DNA of 64,000 nucleotides from a virus, in the IMG/VR virus record IMGVR_UViG_3300045999_009829; one strand, 5' to 3'. Below the pieces are notes generated by a model, which ran no database searches, was not told the origin of the DNA, and saw only the letters and a program-made list of their open reading frames with translations. Of the stretch, positions 52,433-61,737 are shown one piece after another; within the stretch, counting starts at the first letter, position 1, and each line of letters opens with the position of its first letter. A program made the translations under genes and the position numbers.

Positions 52433-53448
52433 TTGGTGAGCTCGAGTCGGGCTCGGAGGTCACTGAAGGTGTGAGTGTCGATGATGTACCGAATGAAGTC
52501 CTGGCTCAGGCCTGACATGACCATGTCGTTCACGTCCTTGGCCTCTAGGTTCTCTGGCCAGATGCAGACCCTGTAGCCGTTGATGATGGCACGCTCTAGC
52601 TTCTTGCGAGTCTCTGCACTACGAGGCTCGTTGTCGTACACGACCACCATGTTCTTCTTCGGCATGTCCTTGACTGCCGCAACTAGATCACCGCCTGCGG
52701 TGGCGATGGCGTTGGGGATGAACATGGAGTCGATCGGGCCCTCTAGCACGTAGGTAGTCTTGTTGAAGTCGACGTCGTCCAGCCCGTAGACCTTGGGCAC
52801 AGACTCGTCGTTGACTATGGTAATATACCTCACTTTGCTGTTGGAGTCAATAGACCTGCCCTGGAAAGCGTGCATCTTCTGGTCCTTATCCAGGAAGGGG
52901 ATAAGTAACCTTGCCTCGTCCTTCTCGGTAGTCTTCTCACTGAACTTGCCAGGAATCACCTCGTTGCACCAAGAGTAGAAGTTCGGGCACAAGAACATCT
53001 TGGCGTGGAACCGGTTGGGGATCTTGCGGGACTCGACATAGACCTTAACAGGATGGTCGTGGTGAAGCTGACTGATCTTCTTCAGTCCCTTGAGCGGACC
53101 GCCCTTGAGGTACACGGGCTTGGCGAGCTTCTTGACGAACTCATCCAGCTCACTCTTCCTGATGTCGACCTTCTTCTCGTCCTTGAGCTTCTCTAGGACA
53201 AACTCGGAGTAGAGCCTGACGTCGAGCTCTTCGAGGAACTTGTTGAAGTTGGTGGACTTGCCGCAGTTGTGACAGTGGTAGAGGGTGTTTCCCTTCTTCG
53301 AGTACATGAAGCCTCGAGCCTTGCGGTTGTCCGACAAGGAGTCACCGCAGAAGGGACACGAGAAGTTGTATAGGGTGTTGGACTTGCGCTTGTAGTTTCG
53401 GAGCCTATTGGACACCAGTCCAATGTATTTCTGTTCCAGCCAGTGCAT
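52417..53448 (-). CDS. gp61: DNA primase gp61
   Basis: CPFCGDS...KARG, CHNCG, RL.IPF, QGR, EGPIDS.F, YDNEPR, KDVNDM. Confidence 0.96.
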   Translation of the reverse strand: MHWLEQKYIGLVSNRLRNYKRKSNTLYNFSCPFCGDSLSDNRKARGFMYSKKGNTLYHCHNCGKSTNFNKFLEELDVRLYSEFVLEKLKDEKKVDIRKSELDEFVKKLAKPVYLKGGPLKGLKKISQLHHDHPVKVYVESRKIPNRFHAKMFLCPNFYSWCNEVIPGKFSEKTTEKDEARLLIPFLDKDQKMHAFQGRSIDSNSKVRYITIVNDESVPKVYGLDDVDFNKTTYVLEGPIDSMFIPNAIATAGGDLVAAVKDMPKKNMVVVYDNEPRSAETRKKLERAIINGYRVCIWPENLEAKDVNDMVMSGLSQDFIRYIIDTHTFSDLRARLELTKWSKA

Positions 53449-53482
53449 ATTGGTAAAGATCCATGTTTATCGGTCACTAACC

Positions 53483-53511
53483 ATTATACCGATCCAGGAT
53501 CAAAAGTCAAC
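53483..53511 (-). promoter_or_regulatory. Early promoter of primase (TTGACT-16-TATAAT)
   Basis: GTTGACTTTTGATCCTGGATCGGTATAAT. Confidence 0.7.
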
Positions 53512-53893
53512 TGAAGATTTTGAAGTACTTTTCTACCATGCCAAGGATGAAGCCGACTGTTATAGCGGATCCAGTTACAAGTAAAGCGAGCTTCTCGAGC
53601 TTGGAGACCTTGGCCTCTAAGCGCTCGTGGTGTGCGTCGGACGCTTCTCTGGACTTCTTGATCTCTTCGAGGATGGCGCCGTCCTCTTCCTTCATGGTCA
53701 CGTAGACCTCCTTGAGCTTTGCCTCGAGGTCCTCACGTCGCTTTTCTATCATGAAGTTGATGTGGTCCGTACTCTTCTCTTGCTGTGAGAGCCTGAGCTC
53801 CTGGACCGCAAGCATCTTTGACAGGTCCGCCGAGACTGCGGCAAGTCTCTGTATGGCGTCGTCAATCTTTGAAAAGCGAAGCTCGTCCGACAC
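53507..53893 (-). CDS. Coiled-coil protein with a C-terminal TM helix
   Basis: K.D.AI..L...S.D...MLAV.E.RL heptads and a terminal hydrophobic stretch. Confidence 0.65.
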   Translation of the reverse strand: MSDELRFSKIDDAIQRLAAVSADLSKMLAVQELRLSQQEKSTDHINFMIEKRREDLEAKLKEVYVTMKEEDGAILEEIKKSREASDAHHERLEAKVSKLEKLALLVTGSAITVGFILGMVEKYFKIFS

Positions 53894-53895
53894 GA

Positions 53896-54081
53896 CTACA
53901 TTTCCTTGGAGATGTCGCGAAGTGTCTTTCGCTTCAGCATGGGAAACAGGACTCTGAGCTTTTTGCCCTTCTTGGGAACTCCGGGCTCACCCTTGGGACC
54001 GACGCCGATTCCCTCGATGCCGCCGCTGCCTACGTTGTTCAACGGAACAGAGGATTGAAGGTCTTCTTTTAGCTTACTCAT
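53896..54081 (-). CDS. Small hypothetical (possible head-internal) protein
   Basis: LKED..P.NNVG.G.I.G.G....GEPGV. Confidence 0.55.
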   Translation of the reverse strand: MSKLKEDLQSSVPLNNVGSGGIEGIGVGPKGEPGVPKKGKKLRVLFPMLKRKTLRDISKEM

Positions 54082-54481
54082 TCCTGATTCCTCTGAGTGC
54101 GTCGACAATCTTTTGGTCTAGCGGTATCTCATCTGTATCGACTACGGTGTATTTACCGACATTGTGAATCACGGGCGGTAGGGCATTCAGCAGTATCAGA
54201 AACGGCTTTATGCAGTGGTACTGCTTCTCCGTCTTTAAAAACAGTATCTTCGCAAGGTGAATGCCGAAGCAGTTGTGGAGAGTGATCACGTGGTTCAGGA
54301 TCAGTCTCTCTTTCAGTTCACCCGCATCCTCATACCTAGTGAGTAGTTTCTTGATATAGCGGATCCTGTTCAGGTCCTCAAGAAATTCCTCGGATGACTG
54401 CATTCCAGGGTTGTCATACACCTTGGCGCAGTAAACGAGGAAGTTCTCTTCTGTCAGGCGCTCTCTTGGATCCACTACCAA
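54074..54481 (-). CDS. Conserved T4-like hypothetical protein
   Basis: L...NF..Y..K.YDNP....EEF.EDL.R..Y.K.LL.RY...G.L.ERLILNH...L.N.FG. Confidence 0.8.
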   Translation of the reverse strand: MVVDPRERLTEENFLVYCAKVYDNPGMQSSEEFLEDLNRIRYIKKLLTRYEDAGELKERLILNHVITLHNCFGIHLAKILFLKTEKQYHCIKPFLILLNALPPVIHNVGKYTVVDTDEIPLDQKIVDALRGIRNE

Positions 54482-54753
54482 GAGAGAGTCAGTGTCGTCT
54501 TACCCCAGCGATTGTTAGCTACACACACGTATAGGCTGGTGCCGTCGTAAGCTATCTGACCGGGGGAGCCGTTTGCCGTGTTGCTAGCGGGCGCACTGTT
54601 TGAGATGAGCCTGGCAGCAACTGAGTTGGCAAAGTTGGCGGTGGTAATCGTCCTAACGCTGGCGTTAGAAGCGGGGTTGACTAGCACAACTACCCTGTCC
54701 GTAGTGGACAGGGTGTTGGCTATCGGTAGTGCAGATATCTTTACGTCGGCCAT
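54475..54753 (-). CDS. Probable small virion/fibre protein
   Basis: KIS.LP and G..GQIAYD...LYVCVA.N.W. Confidence 0.6.
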   Translation of the reverse strand: MADVKISALPIANTLSTTDRVVVLVNPASNASVRTITTANFANSVAARLISNSAPASNTANGSPGQIAYDGTSLYVCVANNRWGKTTLTLSW

Positions 54754-54767
54754 AACAAATTAGTTCC

Positions 54768-55490
54768 TTACACGCCAGGGAATAGTGTGTTGTCAGATGC
54801 GGCGTCGTTGACCGCAGCGGGTGTACCGAATGCTGCAGTCTGAGCGCCGAGAGATCCCATGGCGATGATCGTCTCGTGATGGATCCTGCCGGCACGACCA
54901 CCAGCTGTAACCACCAGATTTGTGACTGTGTTGTTACCGGCTGCTGTTCCACCTGTGGCATTTGTCACCGAGATGTTTGATGTCGGAATAGTCACCAGGT
55001 CAAACCCAGCGCCTGAATTGGCGATCGTGAACGATAGAGACCCACCGGTGGCGTTTGTCGTGAACGTGATGCGCGCATTTGCACCGCCGACGGCGGGTGA
55101 CCTCACGGTGATGATGTCGGCGTTGTTGTAGCCGGTTAGTGTGGCATTGGCTGCAATGCTCGCGATCGGGCCCGTGCCAGCTCTGCGGAAGTTCCAGCCA
55201 GCATGAGCGCCACGCTCCTTGCTGTTGTTGAGAACGTTGTTTGACATTTCCGTAGCGGATACGCCGAACACGCCAGTTTCAAGGCCAGGAATAAAGGCGC
55301 CCGGTGTGGTGTTGCTGAACAGGTTAACGTCGGTCGCTGCACGTGTTCCGCTCGTGTTACCGAAGTCGGCGTTCGGACCACCGCCGCCATTGACCAGTGC
55401 GTATAGACCGATAGGCGCACCGGTGGATGTGACCCTGACCGTAGTCGAGTTGGCTGTAACGGCCTGGTCGTTTCTGCCCCAAGATGACAT
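54768..55490 (-). CDS. Probable virion structural protein
   Basis: MSSWG..D, H.GW, GR...ET..AM; late-promoter variant AATAAATA at 55518-55525. Confidence 0.65.
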   Translation of the reverse strand: MSSWGRNDQAVTANSTTVRVTSTGAPIGLYALVNGGGGPNADFGNTSGTRAATDVNLFSNTTPGAFIPGLETGVFGVSATEMSNNVLNNSKERGAHAGWNFRRAGTGPIASIAANATLTGYNNADIITVRSPAVGGANARITFTTNATGGSLSFTIANSGAGFDLVTIPTSNISVTNATGGTAAGNNTVTNLVVTAGGRAGRIHHETIIAMGSLGAQTAAFGTPAAVNDAASDNTLFPGV

Positions 55491-55526
55491 TTAGCTACTC
55501 CTTATGAGTGTTTTTCTTATTTATTA

Positions 55527-57914
55527 TTAGAAGAGCTTGCTCACCGCGGACTTCATTGAGTCCTTGCTGGCGTGAAGCTTGTTAGCAAAGTCATCCTTTT
55601 CCTGCGAAGTCCTCATGGAGCCATAGACTGCCATGACGTGCTTGGCTAGGTGCTTACCGACCTTGGTCTTTGCGCCGTCCTTGTGCTCGAAGTGTGGCTC
55701 AGATCCCTCGATTGCATGGGAAATCTTTGTGAGCTGCTGGATGGGATGCCTGTGAGTGTCGTCACCCTCTGCCTCACCGCCGGACTTCTTCGGACGCCCG
55801 CGACCCTCCTCGAGCTCGATTTCCTCGTTGGTGCTCTTGCGTGTGGGATTGAGCTTGGTGTGCCAGTGTTCCTTGCTGGCAACGGCATAATCAGCTCCTC
55901 TCTTTTCGGCATGCTTTTTTGCTGTTGCTGTATTTGCATGCGTCGAGACCACCTTCTTTGAGTCCTTGTGGTAGACTACAAACTGCTCCTCGATCTCGAC
56001 TTCTTCCTTGCGGACCTTCTTCTCGTCGGAGATGGTGTAGTCAGCCGTGTTCTTCTTCACGCCAAATCCTGACTGGTCCTGGTTGGCGCCGCGGATAGGG
56101 GCGGAAACGATCGTGGGCTTAGCTTCGTCGAGCTGTGCGGCAATGGACTCGATGCGCTCTAGCTCTTCAGCTGTAAACTCGAACTCTTCGCGAGCAGGAA
56201 CGTTGGCGTGCATGTATCCAGACCTGCCGCTCTTGTTCATCTTGGCCTTAGCGAGATCAGTCCCGAGAGTCCTCTTGCGGATTGTCGTCTGCAGGTCTTT
56301 TACGTCGGACTTTTGGCCAAAATCACGGGCCATCCTGTTGCTATACTGGAGTTCCTTCCTTGCAGAATCTGCTTCTTTCTTAGCGCCCTTGGTGTAGGAC
56401 TGCAGCGTTGCCTTGCTGATCTCATCAAGCTGTTCTTCTTCCTTCATGCCCTGTGCAGCCTTGTGAGCCTTCATGGCCTTCTGCTTGCGAATTGCAAGAG
56501 CCTTTCTTTCGGGAGAGATCCCAGCGGGTAGCTTCTTTTCCTGCTTGGCGATTAGGTCAAGGCGACGCTTTGTCGCGAACTGATCACCTTCCTCGATCTC
56601 GACTTCTTCGTTGCGCTGCTTGGCGTAGTATGCGCCAAGGGCCTGCTTCATGCGCTCCTTCTTGGACTTGCCCTCAAACTTGGGATTCTTTGAGTGCACG
56701 AAGTCACTGATCCACTTGCCGGCAGGATCGGACTTCTTCAGGACTTCCTCGAGCTGCTCTTCGGTGAGGGAGTCGACATCGGATTCAACTTCCTCGCTGT
56801 GGAGCTTCTTCATGTTCTTCTTGAAGTAGTCCATGGCCTTCTGCTTGTAGTCGGCGCCGTGCTCGTCCTTGCTGAACGTCTTGTGCGGCTTCTCACCTGC
56901 AGCCATGACCGTGGCTGATGGGGACTTACCTGGGCGGGGACCTGAGTACGAGACGTATGGCTTGATTGCTTCCTCGATCTCTGTCTCTTCCTTCTTCAGG
57001 ACACCGCGGCCGACCAGCACGTCCTTGTGCGTGATCTTGTCCTTGGGATGAGCAAGGGCAGCTAGCTTCTTCTCCTTGTGTGACTTAGGAGAAGTGTGCT
57101 TCTTGCTTTCCTTCTTCACATCATCATCGTCGTCGCCGTTCTCGTCGTCCAACTTGTCATTGGTCTCCGGATCAAGGTCGACATCGGTCTTGGCTTCCTT
57201 GGCGTGCTTCTTTTCCATGATGCTTCTAGTGGCGTTGATCAGGCTGGAAGACAGCCCAAAATCAATCTTTGACATGGTGGGTCTCTCCTCGACAATCTTT
57301 GTTTTGATTTCAGCCTGCTTTGACAGCTTTGATTTCTCTGATGTGGACTCTGCATCGTCGGGTCTAGCGACGTTCTTGATCTTGACACGAGCCTCGGTGC
57401 CAGATGATTCTTCCTTGACATAGCTGGTTCTGCCAAGATTTCTGTGCTGAGGGAGATCGGGCACACTTTCTCCACGCTTCTTGAGGACGTGGTGAACTGC
57501 TAGGAGGCGCTCACTTGTGCTAGGGTCGGACTTCTTGTCTATGTGATCGCCTGACCACCTGTCATGCATGCCCTTGAGATCGGCCGTATCTCTCTTATCC
57601 ATTGCTGCAACGTGGACCTTCATGGGCCTATCTGGAATCCACTTGCCCTTTGCCTCGCTGATCTCTTCCTTAGCCATACGCAGTGTCTCCTTGGCTCGCT
57701 GTGCGGCCGCTTTAGTTCTGTTGATGATGTCTTGCTCTTTCTTGGCCTTGGAGTCATTTGCTTTATTAACAGCGGCCTTTTCGTGAGCAAAGTTTCTTGC
57801 TGCTCCTACGTCCTTACCGGAGTTATCCGACCAGTCATCTGGCTTAGAAGTAGATGTCCTGCGAAACGCAGCATCCTTTGATCCGACTAGTTTGCCTTGA
57901 CTTACAGTGCTCAT
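55527..57914 (-). CDS. Large Lys/Glu-rich modular protein, probable capsid-internal polyprotein
   Basis: Many (I/L)-x-E and EE-x-E linkers separate basic modules. Confidence 0.6.
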   Translation of the reverse strand: MSTVSQGKLVGSKDAAFRRTSTSKPDDWSDNSGKDVGAARNFAHEKAAVNKANDSKAKKEQDIINRTKAAAQRAKETLRMAKEEISEAKGKWIPDRPMKVHVAAMDKRDTADLKGMHDRWSGDHIDKKSDPSTSERLLAVHHVLKKRGESVPDLPQHRNLGRTSYVKEESSGTEARVKIKNVARPDDAESTSEKSKLSKQAEIKTKIVEERPTMSKIDFGLSSSLINATRSIMEKKHAKEAKTDVDLDPETNDKLDDENGDDDDDVKKESKKHTSPKSHKEKKLAALAHPKDKITHKDVLVGRGVLKKEETEIEEAIKPYVSYSGPRPGKSPSATVMAAGEKPHKTFSKDEHGADYKQKAMDYFKKNMKKLHSEEVESDVDSLTEEQLEEVLKKSDPAGKWISDFVHSKNPKFEGKSKKERMKQALGAYYAKQRNEEVEIEEGDQFATKRRLDLIAKQEKKLPAGISPERKALAIRKQKAMKAHKAAQGMKEEEQLDEISKATLQSYTKGAKKEADSARKELQYSNRMARDFGQKSDVKDLQTTIRKRTLGTDLAKAKMNKSGRSGYMHANVPAREEFEFTAEELERIESIAAQLDEAKPTIVSAPIRGANQDQSGFGVKKNTADYTISDEKKVRKEEVEIEEQFVVYHKDSKKVVSTHANTATAKKHAEKRGADYAVASKEHWHTKLNPTRKSTNEEIELEEGRGRPKKSGGEAEGDDTHRHPIQQLTKISHAIEGSEPHFEHKDGAKTKVGKHLAKHVMAVYGSMRTSQEKDDFANKLHASKDSMKSAVSKLF

Positions 57915-58348
57915 GACTTCAGCGTAGCCCTCAGCATCCAGCCGTGCTTCTCGTGCACGTCGATCCTGCCAGCGAGGTAATCTGCAAGACCTTCCTTACC
58001 AGCCTTTACTGCTAGATTAAAGGCCTTGGTGAGCTCTGCAATGACCTTGACGTTGTCTGATAGGAGCTCTTGGACCATACCACGAGCTGTGGGAATGTTG
58101 ATCTGATCGTCGACCACAGACAGTTGAGCAAACCTGCTCATGCTACCAGGCGCATACTGATCTAGTGTCCTGATCCTCTCGGCAACTTCATCGACCGATC
58201 CCCAGATGTCCTCATAGATGTCACCGAACAGCTTGTGGTACTCGCTGAAGTTGGGCCCTTCAACGTTCCAGTGGAAGTTATGAGCCTTGAGGTACATGGC
58301 AAAGTTGCTTGCCAGTACCACCTTCATCTGCTGAATTAGGTCGGCCAT
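57911..58348 (-). CDS. dps: Dps-family ferritin-like protein
   Basis: KAHNFHWNV.GP.F...H..F...Y......D..AERIR.L and HEK..WML. Confidence 0.92.
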   Translation of the reverse strand: MADLIQQMKVVLASNFAMYLKAHNFHWNVEGPNFSEYHKLFGDIYEDIWGSVDEVAERIRTLDQYAPGSMSRFAQLSVVDDQINIPTARGMVQELLSDNVKVIAELTKAFNLAVKAGKEGLADYLAGRIDVHEKHGWMLRATLKS

Positions 58349-58725
58349 TGCTTCTTTGCCTTCTTGGTTGTCTTCTTAGCGGGAGAGGCAGGTGCCTTCG
58401 GTGCGGCTGCCTTCCTCTTAGCCTTTGGGGCAGGCGGCGGAGCCTCTACGACAACTGGCGCTGGAGGTGCAACTGGTGCAGGCTCAGGCTTTGCTGCCTC
58501 CGCTGCAATCACCTTGACCTGCTCAACGACCGCCGTAACCGCAGCCTTGGCGTCTGCATCAGTGACCTTGCCGTCCTTGTTTACGTCGGCGACTGCCTTC
58601 ACATCATCCATATTCACCTTGCCGTCCTTGTTTACGTCAAGGGCGCCGTCGGGTGATGCCTTCTTGAAGAAGAACCAAGCGCCGACCGCAGCAACGCCAA
58701 AAGCCAAAAGTGTTAGATACCACAT
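58336..58725 (-). CDS. Membrane-anchored protein with EF-hand-like DVNKDGKV repeats and a Pro/Lys tail
   Basis: N-terminal TM; DVNKDGKVNMDD and DVNKDGKVTDAD. Confidence 0.65.
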   Translation of the reverse strand: MWYLTLLAFGVAAVGAWFFFKKASPDGALDVNKDGKVNMDDVKAVADVNKDGKVTDADAKAAVTAVVEQVKVIAAEAAKPEPAPVAPPAPVVVEAPPPAPKAKRKAAAPKAPASPAKKTTKKAKKQWPT

Positions 58726-58750
58726 ATTATCCTCCGTTGATCAAATGTTC

Positions 58751-59674
58751 TTACCACGCCCTGCAAGACCAGTACCTGGCCTTCGTGCGAGGACCTGGGT
58801 TGTCGCAGTTGTGTCTAGCTCTGAAGTTCTTTCTGCGGCCCGGAATGTGCTTCTTGATCGTCATGTTCGGATCGCCGAACTCGACCTTGACCACGTTGCC
58901 CTTCTCGTTCTTGACGTAGACCTTGGACTTCTTCACGTCGCCCTTCATGGGCTTACCGAGAGCAACATTTCTGCCCTGGTACTCCGCCTCGTCCATGCCC
59001 AGGCACTCACGGACCACTCTCTTGACTACCTGCCCCGGCGTGCTCTTCTTGTAGATGCTTGTCAAGGAATCTGTTCCTATCATCCGATTGATCGGCTTGT
59101 TGGGGTCGATGGACTCCTTTGCAGACCTAAGCGCATCGGGTGTAGGAGCACCCTTCTCGCCGGGCTTCCTCATCTTCTCGCCAGATCCTGCAGCAATGCG
59201 CTTCCTCTTGGCATGGATGTTTGCCCATAGGCTCTCACGCAGGTCCTTGTCAGCGCCGTGGTATGTTCCCTTGCCCTTAGTTATGTAGGAGTTGACTCTA
59301 GCCATTCCCCACTGCTGCGGCGTGGTGCCGGGACGATGACCTGTGCGCCAGGCTGCAACGCCGCGGTTATAGACCTTGCGGAGGGTGCCGATAGAGACGC
59401 CAGATGCCTTAGCCTTCTTGGCGAGCCCTGCCGTCGCTGTCTCGTCGATCTCTGCTTCCTCACCGAACTTAGCCCTGTACGCCTTGGTGTGCTTTGATTC
59501 CTTGGTCTTGGCGGTCTTGTCGCCAGGGGCGGGCTCGTAAGCGGCTGGGTTCTTTGGGTCCATCTTGCTTGTCTTCTTCCAATGAGCAGCACGAGCCTTC
59601 GCGGTCGACGATGAGAGACCTGACACGTATGCCTTGGTCAGCCCAGATTCTTTGTCTTTTGGGTTCTTCTTCAC
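58751..59674 (-). CDS. Basic modular protein, probable capsid-internal polyprotein
   Basis: Modules GL.KKA..SG.....L..VY.RG.AAW.TGHRPG.T..QW..ARVNS, LWANIHAKRKRI and FRARH.C..PG...KARYWSC, joined by E-rich linkers. Confidence 0.7.
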   Translation of the reverse strand: MKKNPKDKESGLTKAYVSGLSSSTAKARAAHWKKTSKMDPKNPAAYEPAPGDKTAKTKESKHTKAYRAKFGEEAEIDETATAGLAKKAKASGVSIGTLRKVYNRGVAAWRTGHRPGTTPQQWGMARVNSYITKGKGTYHGADKDLRESLWANIHAKRKRIAAGSGEKMRKPGEKGAPTPDALRSAKESIDPNKPINRMIGTDSLTSIYKKSTPGQVVKRVVRECLGMDEAEYQGRNVALGKPMKGDVKKSKVYVKNEKGNVVKVEFGDPNMTIKKHIPGRRKNFRARHNCDNPGPRTKARYWSCRAW

Positions 59675-59721
59675 GTCAGTCTCCGCTGATTTTCACTATT
59701 TATTCAATTTAGCCCTTCGAC

Positions 59722-61032
59722 CTATCGAGTGATCTCTTCCCAGTCCATGGATCCATACACCAATTCGGTGTTTGTAGAAGCTGATACCTCTAGAGTAAGT
59801 GCACTGGGTGTACCTGTTAGTCCGTTGCGCTCCAACTGAAACTTAAAGAGTGCTTCTCTTAGGATGTCGATGGATGTACTGCCCTGTGTTGTAGAGGTGA
59901 AGAATCCACTGGCTAGAATTCTTCCACCTGAAACGGCTGTGCCAGCAATCGTGTACTCAATCGCAGAATCTGCGCCTGCATCAGCCCATGACCCAGTTGT
60001 TACAGTAGCACCTGATGTCACCCTCCATGCGTAGATACCTGTAGAAACACCCATTAGTGATATAGCGGTGGGAATAACGATAGCATCCAGCGCTGTAGAT
60101 TTGAGTCTTATGGAAACAACGGGATAGTAAGTTCCAGCTGTCGTTAATGCCTTGGGTGCAGTGATAGCTGTACCTACTGCCTGTTGAAGCCCTCTAAGCT
60201 CGTAGCCGCCTTCTGAAATAACGGTGGAACAGACCTGCTTCATTTTGCTAGACGTGGCTGTAGCTCCACCGTTATTCTTGATCTCGTACCTCAGTGGAAG
60301 GCTAGCTGTAGTCATGTACGTGGAGTCAATAAGATTAGCGTGGTGGAATGAGTGACAGTGGATTAGCTTGCCGTCAATGACGAATCCACACCTTACAGTT
60401 CCTACACCTAACCACTCGATGTCAAAGAATGAAATCTGAGCCTTGGTCACGTCGAGGCTGATCTTCGATGGGCTTGAAGTTACGTTGCCGAGAAGTGTGT
60501 CGACATTCCAGTTTTGCTGGGCGACGCGTGTCTCGGTGACGACCCCACTTACAAGTGACCTCTCAACGAAGTTGACTGTTGTACCGTCCACTTCCAGATA
60601 GATGCCGTTCTGAGCACCAAAGTAACCCACTCTCTGTCTCAGATTGGTCTTGGGTGCATTAAAGACAAAGGTGTTCAGGACCTGTAGAGACTTACCTGGC
60701 TGATATGAAAATACCTTGTTGGTCTCACGGACAATCTCTGCATCAGCTGTGGTGGGTAGATTCAACTCGATCAGACCAGCATTGGCATTGAACGCGTATG
60801 TGGTGCCTGCCGTATTAGACGTGTGCCACAGCCCGTTGTCTTTATAGCGATGAGAGGAATCAAATAGTGTGAAGGGCAACGCTACTCTACTGCGGCCGAA
60901 TGCATCGACAGCAACACCGCTTGGGTTGGCTGGTCCGACCAGATTGCCGTACTGGTCTGCAAGCATGACCACCTCAAAGATGGTCTTCCCATCGGGGAGA
61001 TACTGGTGTGAGTCTTTTCTAAACTGCGCCAT
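59722..61032 (-). CDS. Probable virion structural protein (beta-rich)
   Basis: DAFGR.RV..P.TLFD, YQPGKS, EWLGVG.VR.GF, M.TA.LP.RYEI, CS.VISEGG. Confidence 0.7.
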   Translation of the reverse strand: MAQFRKDSHQYLPDGKTIFEVVMLADQYGNLVGPANPSGVAVDAFGRSRVALPFTLFDSSHRYKDNGLWHTSNTAGTTYAFNANAGLIELNLPTTADAEIVRETNKVFSYQPGKSLQVLNTFVFNAPKTNLRQRVGYFGAQNGIYLEVDGTTVNFVERSLVSGVVTETRVAQQNWNVDTLLGNVTSSPSKISLDVTKAQISFFDIEWLGVGTVRCGFVIDGKLIHCHSFHHANLIDSTYMTTASLPLRYEIKNNGGATATSSKMKQVCSTVISEGGYELRGLQQAVGTAITAPKALTTAGTYYPVVSIRLKSTALDAIVIPTAISLMGVSTGIYAWRVTSGATVTTGSWADAGADSAIEYTIAGTAVSGGRILASGFFTSTTQGSTSIDILREALFKFQLERNGLTGTPSALTLEVSASTNTELVYGSMDWEEITR

Positions 61033-61035
61033 GAC

Positions 61036-61737
61036 TTATCTCTTGACCTGCTCTCTGATGACTTGCATGACCGTCTGATAGCACTCGGACACCCGAGACC
61101 TCATGGGCCTGATGTTCTTGTTCTTGTGGGCGACGAGTATCATCGACTGAGTCTTCTTGATGTCGCCGTACTCTTTCTTCCTCTGGGCCGCGGTGCCACC
61201 CTTGGTCTTCCTGAACTTCTCCAGCTCTGAGTGACTGACGTGGCTGAGCTCGGGCCTGCGCACTATGTCAACGTGTTGGGCTCTACCCGTCTTTGGATGA
61301 TACCCGTGCACGTTGACGCCGCCCATCTTCCTCATCTTCTGCCAGATACCCAAGCCGCCGACTGACTGCTCTTTACCGGTCAGAATGTGGTTGTGCTTCG
61401 TGATGAGATGGTGATACAGCTTGTGCACACCCGCCCCCGGGCGGGCGACCGCCATCTCGATGGCGTGGGACTTGCCCTGTTTGACTGCATTGACGTGGGC
61501 GTCCACCTTGTCGTCGTGACCGACTACGCTGAAGTGGTGATCACCTGCTTCATCAACGCCGTGGTAGACCTTGCGACCGTCTTCCATGGTGGAGTGCAGC
61601 TTCATCTTCTTTTTGGCGCCTGGATCGACCGACTTCTTTACGTCAGCGATGCCCTTACCCAAGAGCTTCTTGTATGCAAATCCGCCTGCTGTTCTCTTGA
61701 TGTCGGTCCTCAGAACCGCTTCGTCTAGGTCTTCCAT
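61036..61737 (-). CDS. Hypothetical protein with a GNAT-like segment
   Basis: G.GV..LY..L......L..G..QS.GG..IW.KM; N-terminal LDE. Confidence 0.5.
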   Translation of the reverse strand: MEDLDEAVLRTDIKRTAGGFAYKKLLGKGIADVKKSVDPGAKKKMKLHSTMEDGRKVYHGVDEAGDHHFSVVGHDDKVDAHVNAVKQGKSHAIEMAVARPGAGVHKLYHHLITKHNHILTGKEQSVGGLGIWQKMRKMGGVNVHGYHPKTGRAQHVDIVRRPELSHVSHSELEKFRKTKGGTAAQRKKEYGDIKKTQSMILVAHKNKNIRPMRSRVSECYQTVMQVIREQVKR

